Assembly: GCA_965221775.1 (NCBI GenBank)
Contig: CBDCSU010000005.1
Location: 1-64,000 of the forward strand
DNA from: Candidatus Latescibacterota bacterium
GTDB lineage: Bacteria > Latescibacterota > UBA2968 > UBA8231
Direction of reading: 5' to 3'
DNA length: 64,000 bases
Under the pieces are notes generated by a model. The model ran no database searches. It saw nothing but the letters and a program-made list of their open reading frames with translations, and was not told the DNA's origin. Position numbers and translations under genes: made by a program. Below are positions 10,187 to 19,311 of the stretch, piece after piece (the stretch's first letter is position 1; each line of letters opens with the position of its first letter).

Positions 10187-11875
10187 TCACATGCGATGGG
10201 CGAAGCTGTCGCGCCGGAAGCTGTAGAGCGCATCCGGATCGACCTTGATGTCGACGACGGCGGGGCGGTCTTCGTCCAGCGCTGCGGCGATCGCGTCCTC
10301 GACCTCCGACAGGCGCTCGACCCGATAGCCGGCAGCGCCGTAAAGCCGGGCCAGCTCGTCGAACGGCGGGCTGCCGACGTCCGCGCCGATGTAGCGCCCG
10401 CCGAAAAAGTCCCGCTGATAGGCCTTTTCCGCGCCCCAGCAGCCGTTGTTCATCACGACCGCCACGGTATTGAGCCCGTGGTCCACCGCCGTGCTCAGCT
10501 CCGAGACCTGCATGCCGAAGCCGCCGTCGCCGGCGAAGCTGACGACCGGCCGGTCCGGCTGCGCCGCCTTCACGCCGAGGCCGCAGGCGAAGGAGAAGCC
10601 GACCAGGCCGAAATCCAGCGGCGTGAACAGGCAGGGCGGCTCCCGGTATTCGAGCGCGTCAGTGGCCTGGAGCGTCATGGTGCCGGCGTCGAGCACGATG
10701 GCGGCGTCGCGCGGCAGCACGCGGCGGTAGGACCGGAACAGGCCGGACGGCTGGATCGGGGTTTCGTCCAGGACCGCCTCGGCGTCGCGCCGGGCGAGGA
10801 ACGCCTTGCGCTCGGCCTGGAACTGCGCCGTCCACTGCGTCGCCTCGCGGATCGCGGCGGCTTTCCGCACAGCCTCGGCGAGTTGATCGGCGACGGTCGG
10901 CGCATCGGCCCAGATGCCCAGCGAGACCGGGAAATGCCGGCCGATTTCCGTCGGTTCGATCTCCACCTGGACGATCGCCGCATCCCGGTTGATGTTGTCG
11001 TAGGAATAGAAGGTCGAGTTGAAGCCGAGCCGGGTGCCGAGCGCGAGGATGACATCGGCCTCGAGCACGAGGCGGGACGCCACCGGATTGCCGCGCGGCC
11101 CCATCTGTCCGGCGTTGAGCGGATGCCCGAACGGAATCGCGTCGCCGTGCCCCGGCGACATGGCGACGGGCGCGCCGAGCAGTTCGGCAAGCGCGAGGGT
11201 CTGCGCCGCGCCACCGCCATTTTTGATCCCGCCGCCGGCGACGATGACCGGCCGCTCGGCGTCGAGCAGCATTTGCGCCGCCCGCTCGACCGCAGCCGCC
11301 GGGGCCGCCGGGGCGTACTGGACGCGATAGCTGTCCGGCGCCGGCGGTTCGGGGAAAACGGCCTTGGCGGACTGCACGTTGCGCGGCACGTTCAGCAGCA
11401 CCGGGCCGCGCCGCGGCGTGAGCGCCGTGCGGAAGCCGGCCTGGAACAGCTCCGGGATGCGGTCGACGCTCGGCACGGTCACGCTTGACTTGGTGACCGG
11501 GGACAGGGTCGCGTGCTGGTCGACCTCCTGGAAGGCGTCGCGGTAGACATGGGCGGACGAGAGCGCACCGGCGATGGCGACGACCGGGGAATGGGCGGCC
11601 GACGCCTGGGCGAGGCCGGTCAGCAGGTTGGTCGCCCCCGGCCCGTTCTGGCCCGCGACGATGACGCCGGGCCCGCCGCTCGCCCGGGCGTAGCCGTCGG
11701 CCATGTGGGTGCCGGTGCGCTCGTCGTGCACGCCGACGAAGCGGATCGAATTGGCCTCGTAGAGCCCGTCGAACACTTCCATGGTCGCCGAACCGATGAG
11801 CCCGAAAACATGGCGGACATTCTCGTTCTTGAGGGCTTCGACAACGGCCTGGCCGCCATAGATCGGTTCGGTCAT
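10187..11875 (-). CDS. ThDP-dependent enzyme, sulfoacetaldehyde acetyltransferase (Xsc)-like
   Basis: HMADGYAR, GQNGPGATN, GDGGF...NNGCWGAEK ThDP motif. Confidence 0.85.
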   Translation of the reverse strand: MTEPIYGGQAVVEALKNENVRHVFGLIGSATMEVFDGLYEANSIRFVGVHDERTGTHMADGYARASGGPGVIVAGQNGPGATNLLTGLAQASAAHSPVVAIAGALSSAHVYRDAFQEVDQHATLSPVTKSSVTVPSVDRIPELFQAGFRTALTPRRGPVLLNVPRNVQSAKAVFPEPPAPDSYRVQYAPAAPAAAVERAAQMLLDAERPVIVAGGGIKNGGGAAQTLALAELLGAPVAMSPGHGDAIPFGHPLNAGQMGPRGNPVASRLVLEADVILALGTRLGFNSTFYSYDNINRDAAIVQVEIEPTEIGRHFPVSLGIWADAPTVADQLAEAVRKAAAIREATQWTAQFQAERKAFLARRDAEAVLDETPIQPSGLFRSYRRVLPRDAAIVLDAGTMTLQATDALEYREPPCLFTPLDFGLVGFSFACGLGVKAAQPDRPVVSFAGDGGFGMQVSELSTAVDHGLNTVAVVMNNGCWGAEKAYQRDFFGGRYIGADVGSPPFDELARLYGAAGYRVERLSEVEDAIAAALDEDRPAVVDIKVDPDALYSFRRDSFAHRM

Positions 11876-11942
11876 TTCCGCGTTCTCCAAGGGCGCTGAA
11901 TCGTTCTTTCGCTGCACGATTGCCGTTGCTCGGGCGCGGCGC

Positions 11943-12836
11943 TCACCACACGACGTCGCCGAACACGTACGGGTCCATCGCCGGCAGGCCCATCTGCCGG
12001 AGCATGGCGCAGCACAGTTCCGACAGCGGATTGCCGAGCGACAGCAGGATCGAATAGTGCTGGTCGAATTCCGGCTTGAGATAAACGACCGGGCTGCCCC
12101 GTTCGCGCAGCACGACCATCATGTCGTCGGTCTGGCGGATCCATTCCTCGGTCTCCATGCCGCCGACGGCGACGACCAGCGGAATGTGGGGCGCGGGCGG
12201 ATTGTAGCGCGGGCTGAGCGCGCGCACCGCGTCGTCCGGCACCAGCAGTTCCTCGGCGCCTGGCACCAGCATTACCGGTTCCAGGTCCAGCATGGCGCTC
12301 ACGATGGTCGCGCCCTTGACGGCATCGTCCGGCAGGCCGAAGTCGCGGTTGAAATCGCCGGTGCACATCATCGCGGCGAGGTGGCCGCCCGCCGAATGGC
12401 CGGAGATGTAGATCTTCTCCCGGTCGCCGTTGGCTTCTTCGGCATGGTCCCAGACCCATTTCAGGGCGGCGCGGACCTGGCGCACCACTTCGGTGAGCGG
12501 AACCTTCGGGCAGAGATCGTAGTTGAGCAGGATCGACGCGCCGCCGGCGTCGAGCACCGCCGGAGCGACCAGGGTGTGGTCGAAGCTGTCGAGAAAGCGC
12601 CAGAAGCCGCCATGGACGAAGATGTTGACCGGCGAACCCGGCTCCTTCGCCGGAAACAGGTCCAGGGTCTGGCCCTCCGTCGGCCCGTAGGGGATGCGCA
12701 GCCGCCCCTCGTAGGTGCTGCGCGCCAACGCGCTGGCCAGCGTCCACTGGGCCTTCCAGACCGGATGTTCGGGCACCGCGATGCGCGGGCTGTACTGGCG
12801 TATCAGTTCTTCGCGCGGCAAGTCGCGATAGTCCAT
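11943..12836 (-). CDS. Alpha/beta hydrolase, arylformamidase/kynurenine formamidase-like
   Basis: YSPR N-terminus, FVHGGFW, YDLCP, GHSAGGHL nucleophile elbow. Confidence 0.85.
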   Translation of the reverse strand: MDYRDLPREELIRQYSPRIAVPEHPVWKAQWTLASALARSTYEGRLRIPYGPTEGQTLDLFPAKEPGSPVNIFVHGGFWRFLDSFDHTLVAPAVLDAGGASILLNYDLCPKVPLTEVVRQVRAALKWVWDHAEEANGDREKIYISGHSAGGHLAAMMCTGDFNRDFGLPDDAVKGATIVSAMLDLEPVMLVPGAEELLVPDDAVRALSPRYNPPAPHIPLVVAVGGMETEEWIRQTDDMMVVLRERGSPVVYLKPEFDQHYSILLSLGNPLSELCCAMLRQMGLPAMDPYVFGDVVW

Positions 12837-13057
12837 GTTCGCCTCCCGGCGCCCGCGGCCGAGGGGGCTGCGCTTGGCCAGATTTTCCGGAAATAGCAGG
12901 GAATTTGCCCAGCGCTAGCACGAACCGGCCGGGGGGCAAAGGCTTCTGGCCGGCCGCGACCGGTTTGAAAAATTCGAACCCACTGCAGCGCCCTGCGTGT
13001 CGCAAGCTGACCCCGCGATTTATTGCGGATGGGCATCGCCGCCCGACAATCCTCTCT

Positions 13058-13166
13058 TGCCGCCCCGGACGGAGCGCAGCGGAGATCCGGGGCCCAGGAG
13101 CCACAGGCAAACGCCTTTCGGGTCGGCTCTGGACCCCGGCTCTCCCTGCGGTCGGCCGGGGTGGCA
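13058..13166. repeat. REP-like palindromic element, family B copy 1
   Basis: TGCCGCCCCGGACGGAGCG...GATCCGGGGCCCAG...CTGGACCCCGGCTCTCCCTGCGGTCGGCCGGGGTGGCA; near-identical to 29543-29651. Confidence 0.9.
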
Positions 13167-13310
13167 GTCGTTAATTTTCCGGAAGGATTTCGGTCTTCGA
13201 ACCAGACCGAAATCAAAACCGGAGACGACCTTCCGGTGTCGCGCTTCACATCCGCGAACCCCTTCTATACGGTGCGGGCCGGCCATCGACATCGAACGGA
13301 GCGCTCCGCC

Positions 13311-14336
13311 ATCCCGTCCGCCGAAAACCGCCGCTTCGTGCTACGCTCCCGCCCGGTCCATCTTGCCGGTCCCGAAAATTTCGAACTCCAGCGCGGCCCG
13401 GTTCCGGAGATCGGGGACGACCAGGCGCTGGTCCGCATCGAGATGGCGGCGCTGTCGGCCTGGCAGGGCATGCGCACCAAGGATTTCAGGAACTTCATCC
13501 GGCCGTTCGATATCGGCGAGCTGATCTCCTGCGATACTTTCGGCCGCGTCGTCGAGAGCCGGTGCGCCGCGCTGCCGGCCGGCGCGGCGGTGGTCGGCCG
13601 CCAGGGCTGGCAGGATTACGCCATCGTCCGACCGGAGGATGTCTCGCTTGCCTCCGACGACTTTGCTGCGGAGGAATGGCTCACCGCCCTGTCCTCGCCG
13701 GGGCAGACCCCGTATCTCGCCTTTTCGCAGAAGGTGCGGCCGATGCCGGGCGAAACCCTGGTCGTCACCTCGGCGGCGGGCGCGGTCGGCAGCTATGCGG
13801 TGCAGCTCGGCCGGCTGGCCGGGGCGCGGGTCGTCGGGATCGCCGGCGGCCCGGAAAAGGCCGCCTTCGTGCGCGACCGGCTGGGCGCCGACGCCGCGGT
13901 CGATTACCGCTCCCGCAGCTTCCGCGACGACCTCGCCGCGGCCTGCCCCGACGGCGTGAACCTCTATTTCGATACCGTCGGCGGGCCGGTGGCCGACGCC
14001 GTGTCGGAACACCTCGCCCTCGGGGCCGATATCCTGCTGGTCGGCCGCGTCGCGGCGAACAACAGCGCCGAGCCGGAGCGGGACATGGCAAACCTGCGCC
14101 ATGTCTGGTCGCGGGAGGCGACGATCCATTCGTTCAACCGCTACGCCTACAAGGCGCTGTATCCCGGGGTCATCGAGCGCCTGGGCGCGCTGCTGCGGGC
14201 CGGGCGCCTGGCGATGCACAACCAGCTCGTCGACGGCATGGAGCGGACGCCGGCCGCCCTGCATGACGTGCTCTCCGGCAACCATGTCGGCAAGATGCTG
14301 GTGCGCTATTCGGATAGCGGCGGGGGCCGTATCTGA
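13311..14336 (+). CDS. NADP-dependent oxidoreductase (MDR, prostaglandin reductase/CurA-like); start uncertain
   Basis: NRRFVL..RP, GWQDYA, SAAGAVGS, GIAGGPEK, CPDGVNLYFDTVGG, GKMLV. Confidence 0.88.
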   Translation: MPSAENRRFVLRSRPVHLAGPENFELQRGPVPEIGDDQALVRIEMAALSAWQGMRTKDFRNFIRPFDIGELISCDTFGRVVESRCAALPAGAAVVGRQGWQDYAIVRPEDVSLASDDFAAEEWLTALSSPGQTPYLAFSQKVRPMPGETLVVTSAAGAVGSYAVQLGRLAGARVVGIAGGPEKAAFVRDRLGADAAVDYRSRSFRDDLAAACPDGVNLYFDTVGGPVADAVSEHLALGADILLVGRVAANNSAEPERDMANLRHVWSREATIHSFNRYAYKALYPGVIERLGALLRAGRLAMHNQLVDGMERTPAALHDVLSGNHVGKMLVRYSDSGGGRI

Positions 14337-14467
14337 AGACAATTTGCGCAAGCGAATCCAGGCATGGGTACAGGCCGGAATCCGGACCCGTTCAATGCCG
14401 GGGATAACCGGGAAAATTCAGGGATTGCAGCCGGTTGACCGGTGGCCGGCTGTGATCTAATGTGTGC

Positions 14468-14482
14468 AAACAAATATAGAAC
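14468..14482 (+). promoter_or_regulatory. Candidate operator upstream of nrdJ (alphaproteobacterial LexA box-like, or NrdR box)
   Basis: AAAC-AAATATA-GAAC, one mismatch to GAAC-N7-GAAC, within an AT-rich patch. Confidence 0.4.
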
Positions 14483-14562
14483 AAACTATTGTCGAATCGA
14501 CCGCGCGATGCTAGTTTAGGAGGCTGTGGCCTTGCGGCTGCGCGGCCGGAGACGCCAACCGT

Positions 14563-16974
14563 ATGACCAACATCGCCGCCATCTCCCACCGGATCTGGGA
14601 CATGAAGTACCGGCTCAAGGGGCCGGACGGCGCGCCGGTCGACCGGACGATCGACGACACCTGGCGGCGGGTGGCGAAGGCGCTGGCGGCGGTCGAGCGC
14701 GAGCCGGCGGCGTGGGAGGGCCGGTTCTTCGACGCCATGCGCGATTTCCGCTTCCTGCCGGCCGGCCGCATCCTCGCCGGCGCCGGGGCGGACCGCAGCG
14801 TCACCCTGTTCAACTGCTTCGTCATGGGCGCAATCCCGGACGACATGAGCGGCATCTTCCGCCAGCTCCAGGAAGCCGCGCTCACGATGCAGCAGGGCGG
14901 CGGCATCGGCTACGACTTCTCGACGCTGAGGCCGCGCGGCGCGCCGGTCCGCGGCGTCGGCGCCGACGCGTCCGGGCCGCTCTCCTTCATGGATGTCTGG
15001 GATTCCATGTGCCGGACCATCATGAGCGCCGGCCACCGCCGCGGCGCCATGATGGCGACCATGCGCTGCGACCATCCGGATATCGAGGCCTTCATCGAGG
15101 CCAAGCGCGAGCCCGGCCGGCTGCGCATGTTCAACCTTTCGGTGCTGGTCACCGACGCCTTCATGGACGCCGTCCGGCGCGACGATCCGTGGGATCTCGT
15201 CTTCGGCGGCACGGTCTATCGCACGGTGCAGGCGCGGGCGCTGTGGGACAGCATCATGCGCGCGACCTACGCGTTCGCCGAGCCGGGCGTGATTTTCATC
15301 GACCGGATCAATCGCCTCAATCCGCTGTCCTACTGCGAGACCATCTACGCGACCAATCCCTGCGGGGAGCAATGTCTCCCCCCATACGGCGCCTGCCTGC
15401 TCGGCTCGATCAACCTGGCCCAGCTGGTCCGGGACCCGTTCGAGCCGGGCGCCGCGCTGGACCTCGAAGAATTGCGCGCGCTCGCCGCCGTCGCCGTGCG
15501 CATGATGGACAATGTCACCGACATCTCGAACTTCCCGCTCCCGGAGCAGCGGGCGGAGGCGCAGGCCAAGCGGCGCATCGGGCTGGGCGTGACGGGGCTC
15601 GCCGACGCGCTGATCATGTGCCGGGCGCGCTACGGCAGCGCGGACGCCGTGCGGCTGGCCGGAGAATGGCTCGCGGCGGTGCAGAAGGCGGCGTATCTGG
15701 CCTCGGCCGATCTCGCCGCCGAGAAGGGCGCCTTTCCGCTGTTCGACGCGGAGAAATATCTCGCGACGCCGGCCATGGCCGAAGCGGACGGGGAAGTGCG
15801 CGCCGCGATCCGCGAAAAGGGCCTGCGCAATGCCCTGCTGACCTCGATCGCGCCGACCGGCACGATCTCGCTGCTCGCCGACAATGTGTCGTCCGGCGTC
15901 GAGCCGGTCTTCACCTGGTCCTACACCCGCAACGTCCTGATGCCGGACGGCACCCGGCGCGAAGAGGAGGTGGCGGACCATGCCTGGCGGCTCTACCGGC
16001 GGCTGAAGGGCGCCGACGCGCCGCTGCCCGACTGGTTCGTCGACGCCGGGAACCTGAGCCCGCGCGACCATGTCGTCATGCAGGCGGCGGTCCAGGATCA
16101 TGTCGACAGCTCGATCTCCAAGACGATCAACTGTCCGGAAGACATAAGTTTCGACGCCTTCAAGGACGTCTATCGGATGGCGTTCGACATGGGCTGCAAG
16201 GGCTGCACGACCTATCGCCCGAACGACGTCACCGGCGCGGTGCTGAACGCCGGCAGGCGGGAAGCGGACACGTCCGGGCAGCAGGAACTGCCGCTCGCCC
16301 CGCCGGAGAAAACCGCGGCGGCCAGGCCGGCGGACGATCTGGACGCCGGCGGGGTCGTCTACATGACGAAGCCGCTCGACCGGCCCGAGGCGCTGCCCGG
16401 CCAAACCTACAAGATCCGCTGGCCGGAGAGCGACCACGCCATCTACATCACGCTGAACGACATCGTGCAGGACGGCCGGCGCCGGCCCTTCGAGATCTTC
16501 ATCAACTCGAAGAATACCGAGCATTACGCCTGGACGGTCGGCCTGACCCGCATGATCAGCGCCGTGTTCCGGCGCGGCGGCGACGTCTCCTTCGTGGTCG
16601 AGGAACTGAAGGCGGTGTTCGATCCGCGCGGCGGCCAGTGGGTCGGCCCACGCTACGTCCCCAGCCTGCTCGCCGCGATCGGCGACGTCATCGAGCAGCA
16701 CATGATCGGCATCGGCTTCCTGCCCGATCCGAAAGAGGCAAGGGAAGGCCGGCGGGAGCTGAAGGTCGTCGGCGGCACGGAGGCGGCGGTGGCTGCCGGT
16801 GCGAGCGCGGGCGGGAGCGCCGGAGGGCAGGCGGTCGCCGTAACGGGCGGCGGGCCGGGGTCGGGAAGCGCCGGCCCGGCCATGCGCGGCTGCCCGAAAT
16901 GCGGCCAGCGCGCCCTGATCCGCCAGGAAGGCTGCGACATCTGCACCGGCTGCACCTACAGCAAGTGCGGGTGA
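14563..16974 (+). CDS. nrdJ: Class II (adenosylcobalamin-dependent) ribonucleotide reductase with C-terminal TSCPD/Zn-ribbon region
   Basis: TLFNCFV, GGGIGYDFS, TNPCGEQ...CLLGSINL, IAPTGTIS, SISKTIN, C-terminal CPKC...EGC..C..C.YSKCG. Confidence 0.96.
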   Translation: MTNIAAISHRIWDMKYRLKGPDGAPVDRTIDDTWRRVAKALAAVEREPAAWEGRFFDAMRDFRFLPAGRILAGAGADRSVTLFNCFVMGAIPDDMSGIFRQLQEAALTMQQGGGIGYDFSTLRPRGAPVRGVGADASGPLSFMDVWDSMCRTIMSAGHRRGAMMATMRCDHPDIEAFIEAKREPGRLRMFNLSVLVTDAFMDAVRRDDPWDLVFGGTVYRTVQARALWDSIMRATYAFAEPGVIFIDRINRLNPLSYCETIYATNPCGEQCLPPYGACLLGSINLAQLVRDPFEPGAALDLEELRALAAVAVRMMDNVTDISNFPLPEQRAEAQAKRRIGLGVTGLADALIMCRARYGSADAVRLAGEWLAAVQKAAYLASADLAAEKGAFPLFDAEKYLATPAMAEADGEVRAAIREKGLRNALLTSIAPTGTISLLADNVSSGVEPVFTWSYTRNVLMPDGTRREEEVADHAWRLYRRLKGADAPLPDWFVDAGNLSPRDHVVMQAAVQDHVDSSISKTINCPEDISFDAFKDVYRMAFDMGCKGCTTYRPNDVTGAVLNAGRREADTSGQQELPLAPPEKTAAARPADDLDAGGVVYMTKPLDRPEALPGQTYKIRWPESDHAIYITLNDIVQDGRRRPFEIFINSKNTEHYAWTVGLTRMISAVFRRGGDVSFVVEELKAVFDPRGGQWVGPRYVPSLLAAIGDVIEQHMIGIGFLPDPKEAREGRRELKVVGGTEAAVAAGASAGGSAGGQAVAVTGGGPGSGSAGPAMRGCPKCGQRALIRQEGCDICTGCTYSKCG

Positions 16975-17016
16975 GGGGCGGGGCTATCCGTCCTTGATGG
17001 GACCGCGTCTGTGCGA

Positions 17017-17123
17017 CGTCCCTCGATACGGCGCTTACGCGCCTACTCGGGATGAGGAGGGTATGTTCGAGTTACTCCCTTCCCCTCGTCCTGAGTAGCC
17101 GCGAAGCGGCGTATCGAAGGGCG
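17017..17123. repeat. REP/BIME-like composite palindrome, family A copy 1
   Basis: CCCTCGATACGGCGC..GCGCCTACTCGGGATGAGG [spacer] CCTCGTCCTGAGTAGCCGCGAAGCGGCGTATCGAAGGG; between convergent nrdJ and gdh. Confidence 0.92.
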
Positions 17124-17226
17124 TACCTCCTGGACGACGGCGGTTTCAATTGAAAGGGGCGCGATCTTGTCCGGCACCGCCGCCAACTCGAATTCGCCGG
17201 CCGTCATTCCGCTGAAGGCTCCCCCC

Positions 17227-18645
17227 TCACGCCAGCCCCATCTGCTGGTACGACAGCGCGACCTTTTCCAGGCCGACGGCGAAGGCGGCGGTGCGCAGGT
17301 CGTCGATCGCTTCCGTGTCGCGCATCCGTTCGCGGATCGCGCCGTAGCCGTCGCGCATGACGCCTTCGAGGCCGGATTCGACCAGGTCGAGTTCGTCGGT
17401 GCCGCGCAGCAGCGGCGCCTTGAGTTCCTCCGGCACCGGCCGGCCGGCCGCCGTCTCGATCATGTCGACGATGCGCAGGCCGCGCTGGATCTCGAGCTGG
17501 CGCGACAGGCGGCCGAAGCGCATGTGCGAGACGTTCTTGACCCATTCGAAATAGCTGACGGTGACGCCGCCGGCGTTGACCAGGATGTCGGGCAGCACGA
17601 CCCTGCCGCGCGCGAGCAATGCGCGGTCGGCCTCCAGCGTCACCGGCCCGTTGGCGGCCTCGACGATCAGCTTCGCCCGGATGCGCGGGGCGTTGGCGGC
17701 GGTGATCTGGCTCTCCAGGGCGGCGGGCACGAGAATATCGCAATCCGCCTCGAGGGCCGATGCGCCGTCCTCGACGAATTGCGCGCCGGGGAAGCCCCTC
17801 ATGCCGCCGGTGCGGGCGCGGTGCTCGGCGAGCGCCTCGGGATCTATGCCGTCGTCGGACAGCAGCGCGCCGTCATATTCGATCACGCCGACGAGGCGCA
17901 CGCCGTCTTCCTCGACGAAGAATTTCGCCGCGTTGAAGCCGACATTGCCGAAGCCCTGGACGATCATCCGCTTGCCTTCGAGGCCGCCGTCCAGGCCGGC
18001 CATGGCGACGTCTTCGGGGTGCTCGAAGAACTCGCGGACGACATACTGGACGCCGCGGCCGGTCGCCTCCGTGCGGCCGGGAATGCCGCCCTGGGTCACC
18101 GGCTTGCCGGTCACGCAGGCGATCGCGTCGATCTCCGAGGGGTAGAGCTTCCGGTACTCGTCGGCCATCCAGGCCATTTCGCGCGCGCCGGTGCCCATGT
18201 CCGGTGCCGGCACGTCGCGGCTCGGGCTGATATAGCCGCGGTCGGCGAGCTCCTGGGTGAAGCGGCGGGTGATCCGCTCAAGCTCGTCCTCATTATAGTC
18301 TGCGGGGCGGATCGCCAGCCCGCCCTTGGCGCCGCCGAACGGCACGTCGACCAGCGCGCACTTGAAGGTCATCAGCGAGGCCAGGGCCTCGACCTCCTGC
18401 TGATCGACCTGGGGCGCGTAACGGATGCCGCCCTTCACGGGGAGGCGGTGCTCACTGTGCACCGCGCGCCAGCCGCAGAAGGTATGGTAGCTGCCCCGGA
18501 GGCGCACCGGGAAGCGCAGCTGGATGACGGAATTGCACTCGCGGATGGTTTCCACCAGGTCGTCCGGGATGGCGAGGGCCCGGGCGGCCCGGTCAAACAT
18601 GCCGCGGACGCTGGCCTGAAAGTTGGGCTCGGTTGAAGCGTTCAC
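17227..18645 (-). CDS. gdhA: Glu/Leu/Phe/Val dehydrogenase (glutamate dehydrogenase)
   Basis: PVKGGIRY, VPFGGAKGG, DVPAPD, GRTEATGRG, QGFGNVG, EAANGP, NAGGVTVSYFEW. Confidence 0.92.
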   Translation of the reverse strand: MNASTEPNFQASVRGMFDRAARALAIPDDLVETIRECNSVIQLRFPVRLRGSYHTFCGWRAVHSEHRLPVKGGIRYAPQVDQQEVEALASLMTFKCALVDVPFGGAKGGLAIRPADYNEDELERITRRFTQELADRGYISPSRDVPAPDMGTGAREMAWMADEYRKLYPSEIDAIACVTGKPVTQGGIPGRTEATGRGVQYVVREFFEHPEDVAMAGLDGGLEGKRMIVQGFGNVGFNAAKFFVEEDGVRLVGVIEYDGALLSDDGIDPEALAEHRARTGGMRGFPGAQFVEDGASALEADCDILVPAALESQITAANAPRIRAKLIVEAANGPVTLEADRALLARGRVVLPDILVNAGGVTVSYFEWVKNVSHMRFGRLSRQLEIQRGLRIVDMIETAAGRPVPEELKAPLLRGTDELDLVESGLEGVMRDGYGAIRERMRDTEAIDDLRTAAFAVGLEKVALSYQQMGLA

Positions 18646-18745
18646 GTTAGCCTCCGGTAGCGGTCATGGCGGGTCTGGCAGGTTGCCCGCGGACGCTGCC
18701 GCCACGCCGGATGGCTCGATGCGCCGCATCGAGGGTAAACGCACA

Positions 18746-19306
18746 CTATCCGGGAAGGCGCCCGTCGTCATTCGGATTGTCGATCCGCTCCGCCTGCCGG
18801 ACCAGCCGGGCTTCCACGGCGAAAAGGCCCGGCTCTTCGATGCCCAGGCCGCGCAGGGCGCGGGCGGCGCTCAGTACATAATCGGCGTTGCTGCCGCTGA
18901 CGCCGGCGGCCTGTGCGACGATGGCAAGCTGTTCCTCCATGCTCAGGTCGGGCAGGAAATCCGGATGCCCGGCGCGCGGCAGGTAGGTCGCCGCCGAAAC
19001 CTGGCGGCCGTCGTCCAGTTCGATTGCCACGGCGCTTTCACGGTAGACCGGATAGTGGTCCAGTTCCCGTTCGCGCAGATAGGCGGCGACCGTTTCGGCA
19101 TCCTCCGCCGCGATCCGGTAGGCGATGCCGGTGCAGGACCCGCCCGGCTTCAGGCCCATGACGAGGCCCGGCCGCTCCGCCGTGCCGCGGTGGTGGACCG
19201 TGCGCACGCACAGGCCGCGCTGCCGGCCGTGCAGCGTCGCCCGCCGCCGCTCGGCGTAATCGAAGCCGGGCCGCCACATCAGCGAGCCGTAACCGAACAG
19301 CCACAT
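18746..19306 (-). CDS. chaC: ChaC-like gamma-glutamylcyclotransferase
   Basis: MWLFGYGSLMWRP, HRGT.ERPGLV, YLRERE, G.SGSNADY. Confidence 0.92.
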   Translation of the reverse strand: MWLFGYGSLMWRPGFDYAERRRATLHGRQRGLCVRTVHHRGTAERPGLVMGLKPGGSCTGIAYRIAAEDAETVAAYLRERELDHYPVYRESAVAIELDDGRQVSAATYLPRAGHPDFLPDLSMEEQLAIVAQAAGVSGSNADYVLSAARALRGLGIEEPGLFAVEARLVRQAERIDNPNDDGRLPG

Positions 19307-19311
19307 CCGAA

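Noticed and set aside
14340-14560. Cobalamin riboswitch upstream of nrdJ
   Set aside because: The conserved B12-box elements (GGGAA...GGTG.AA.TCC, GCCCCCGC.ACTGT) could not be found.
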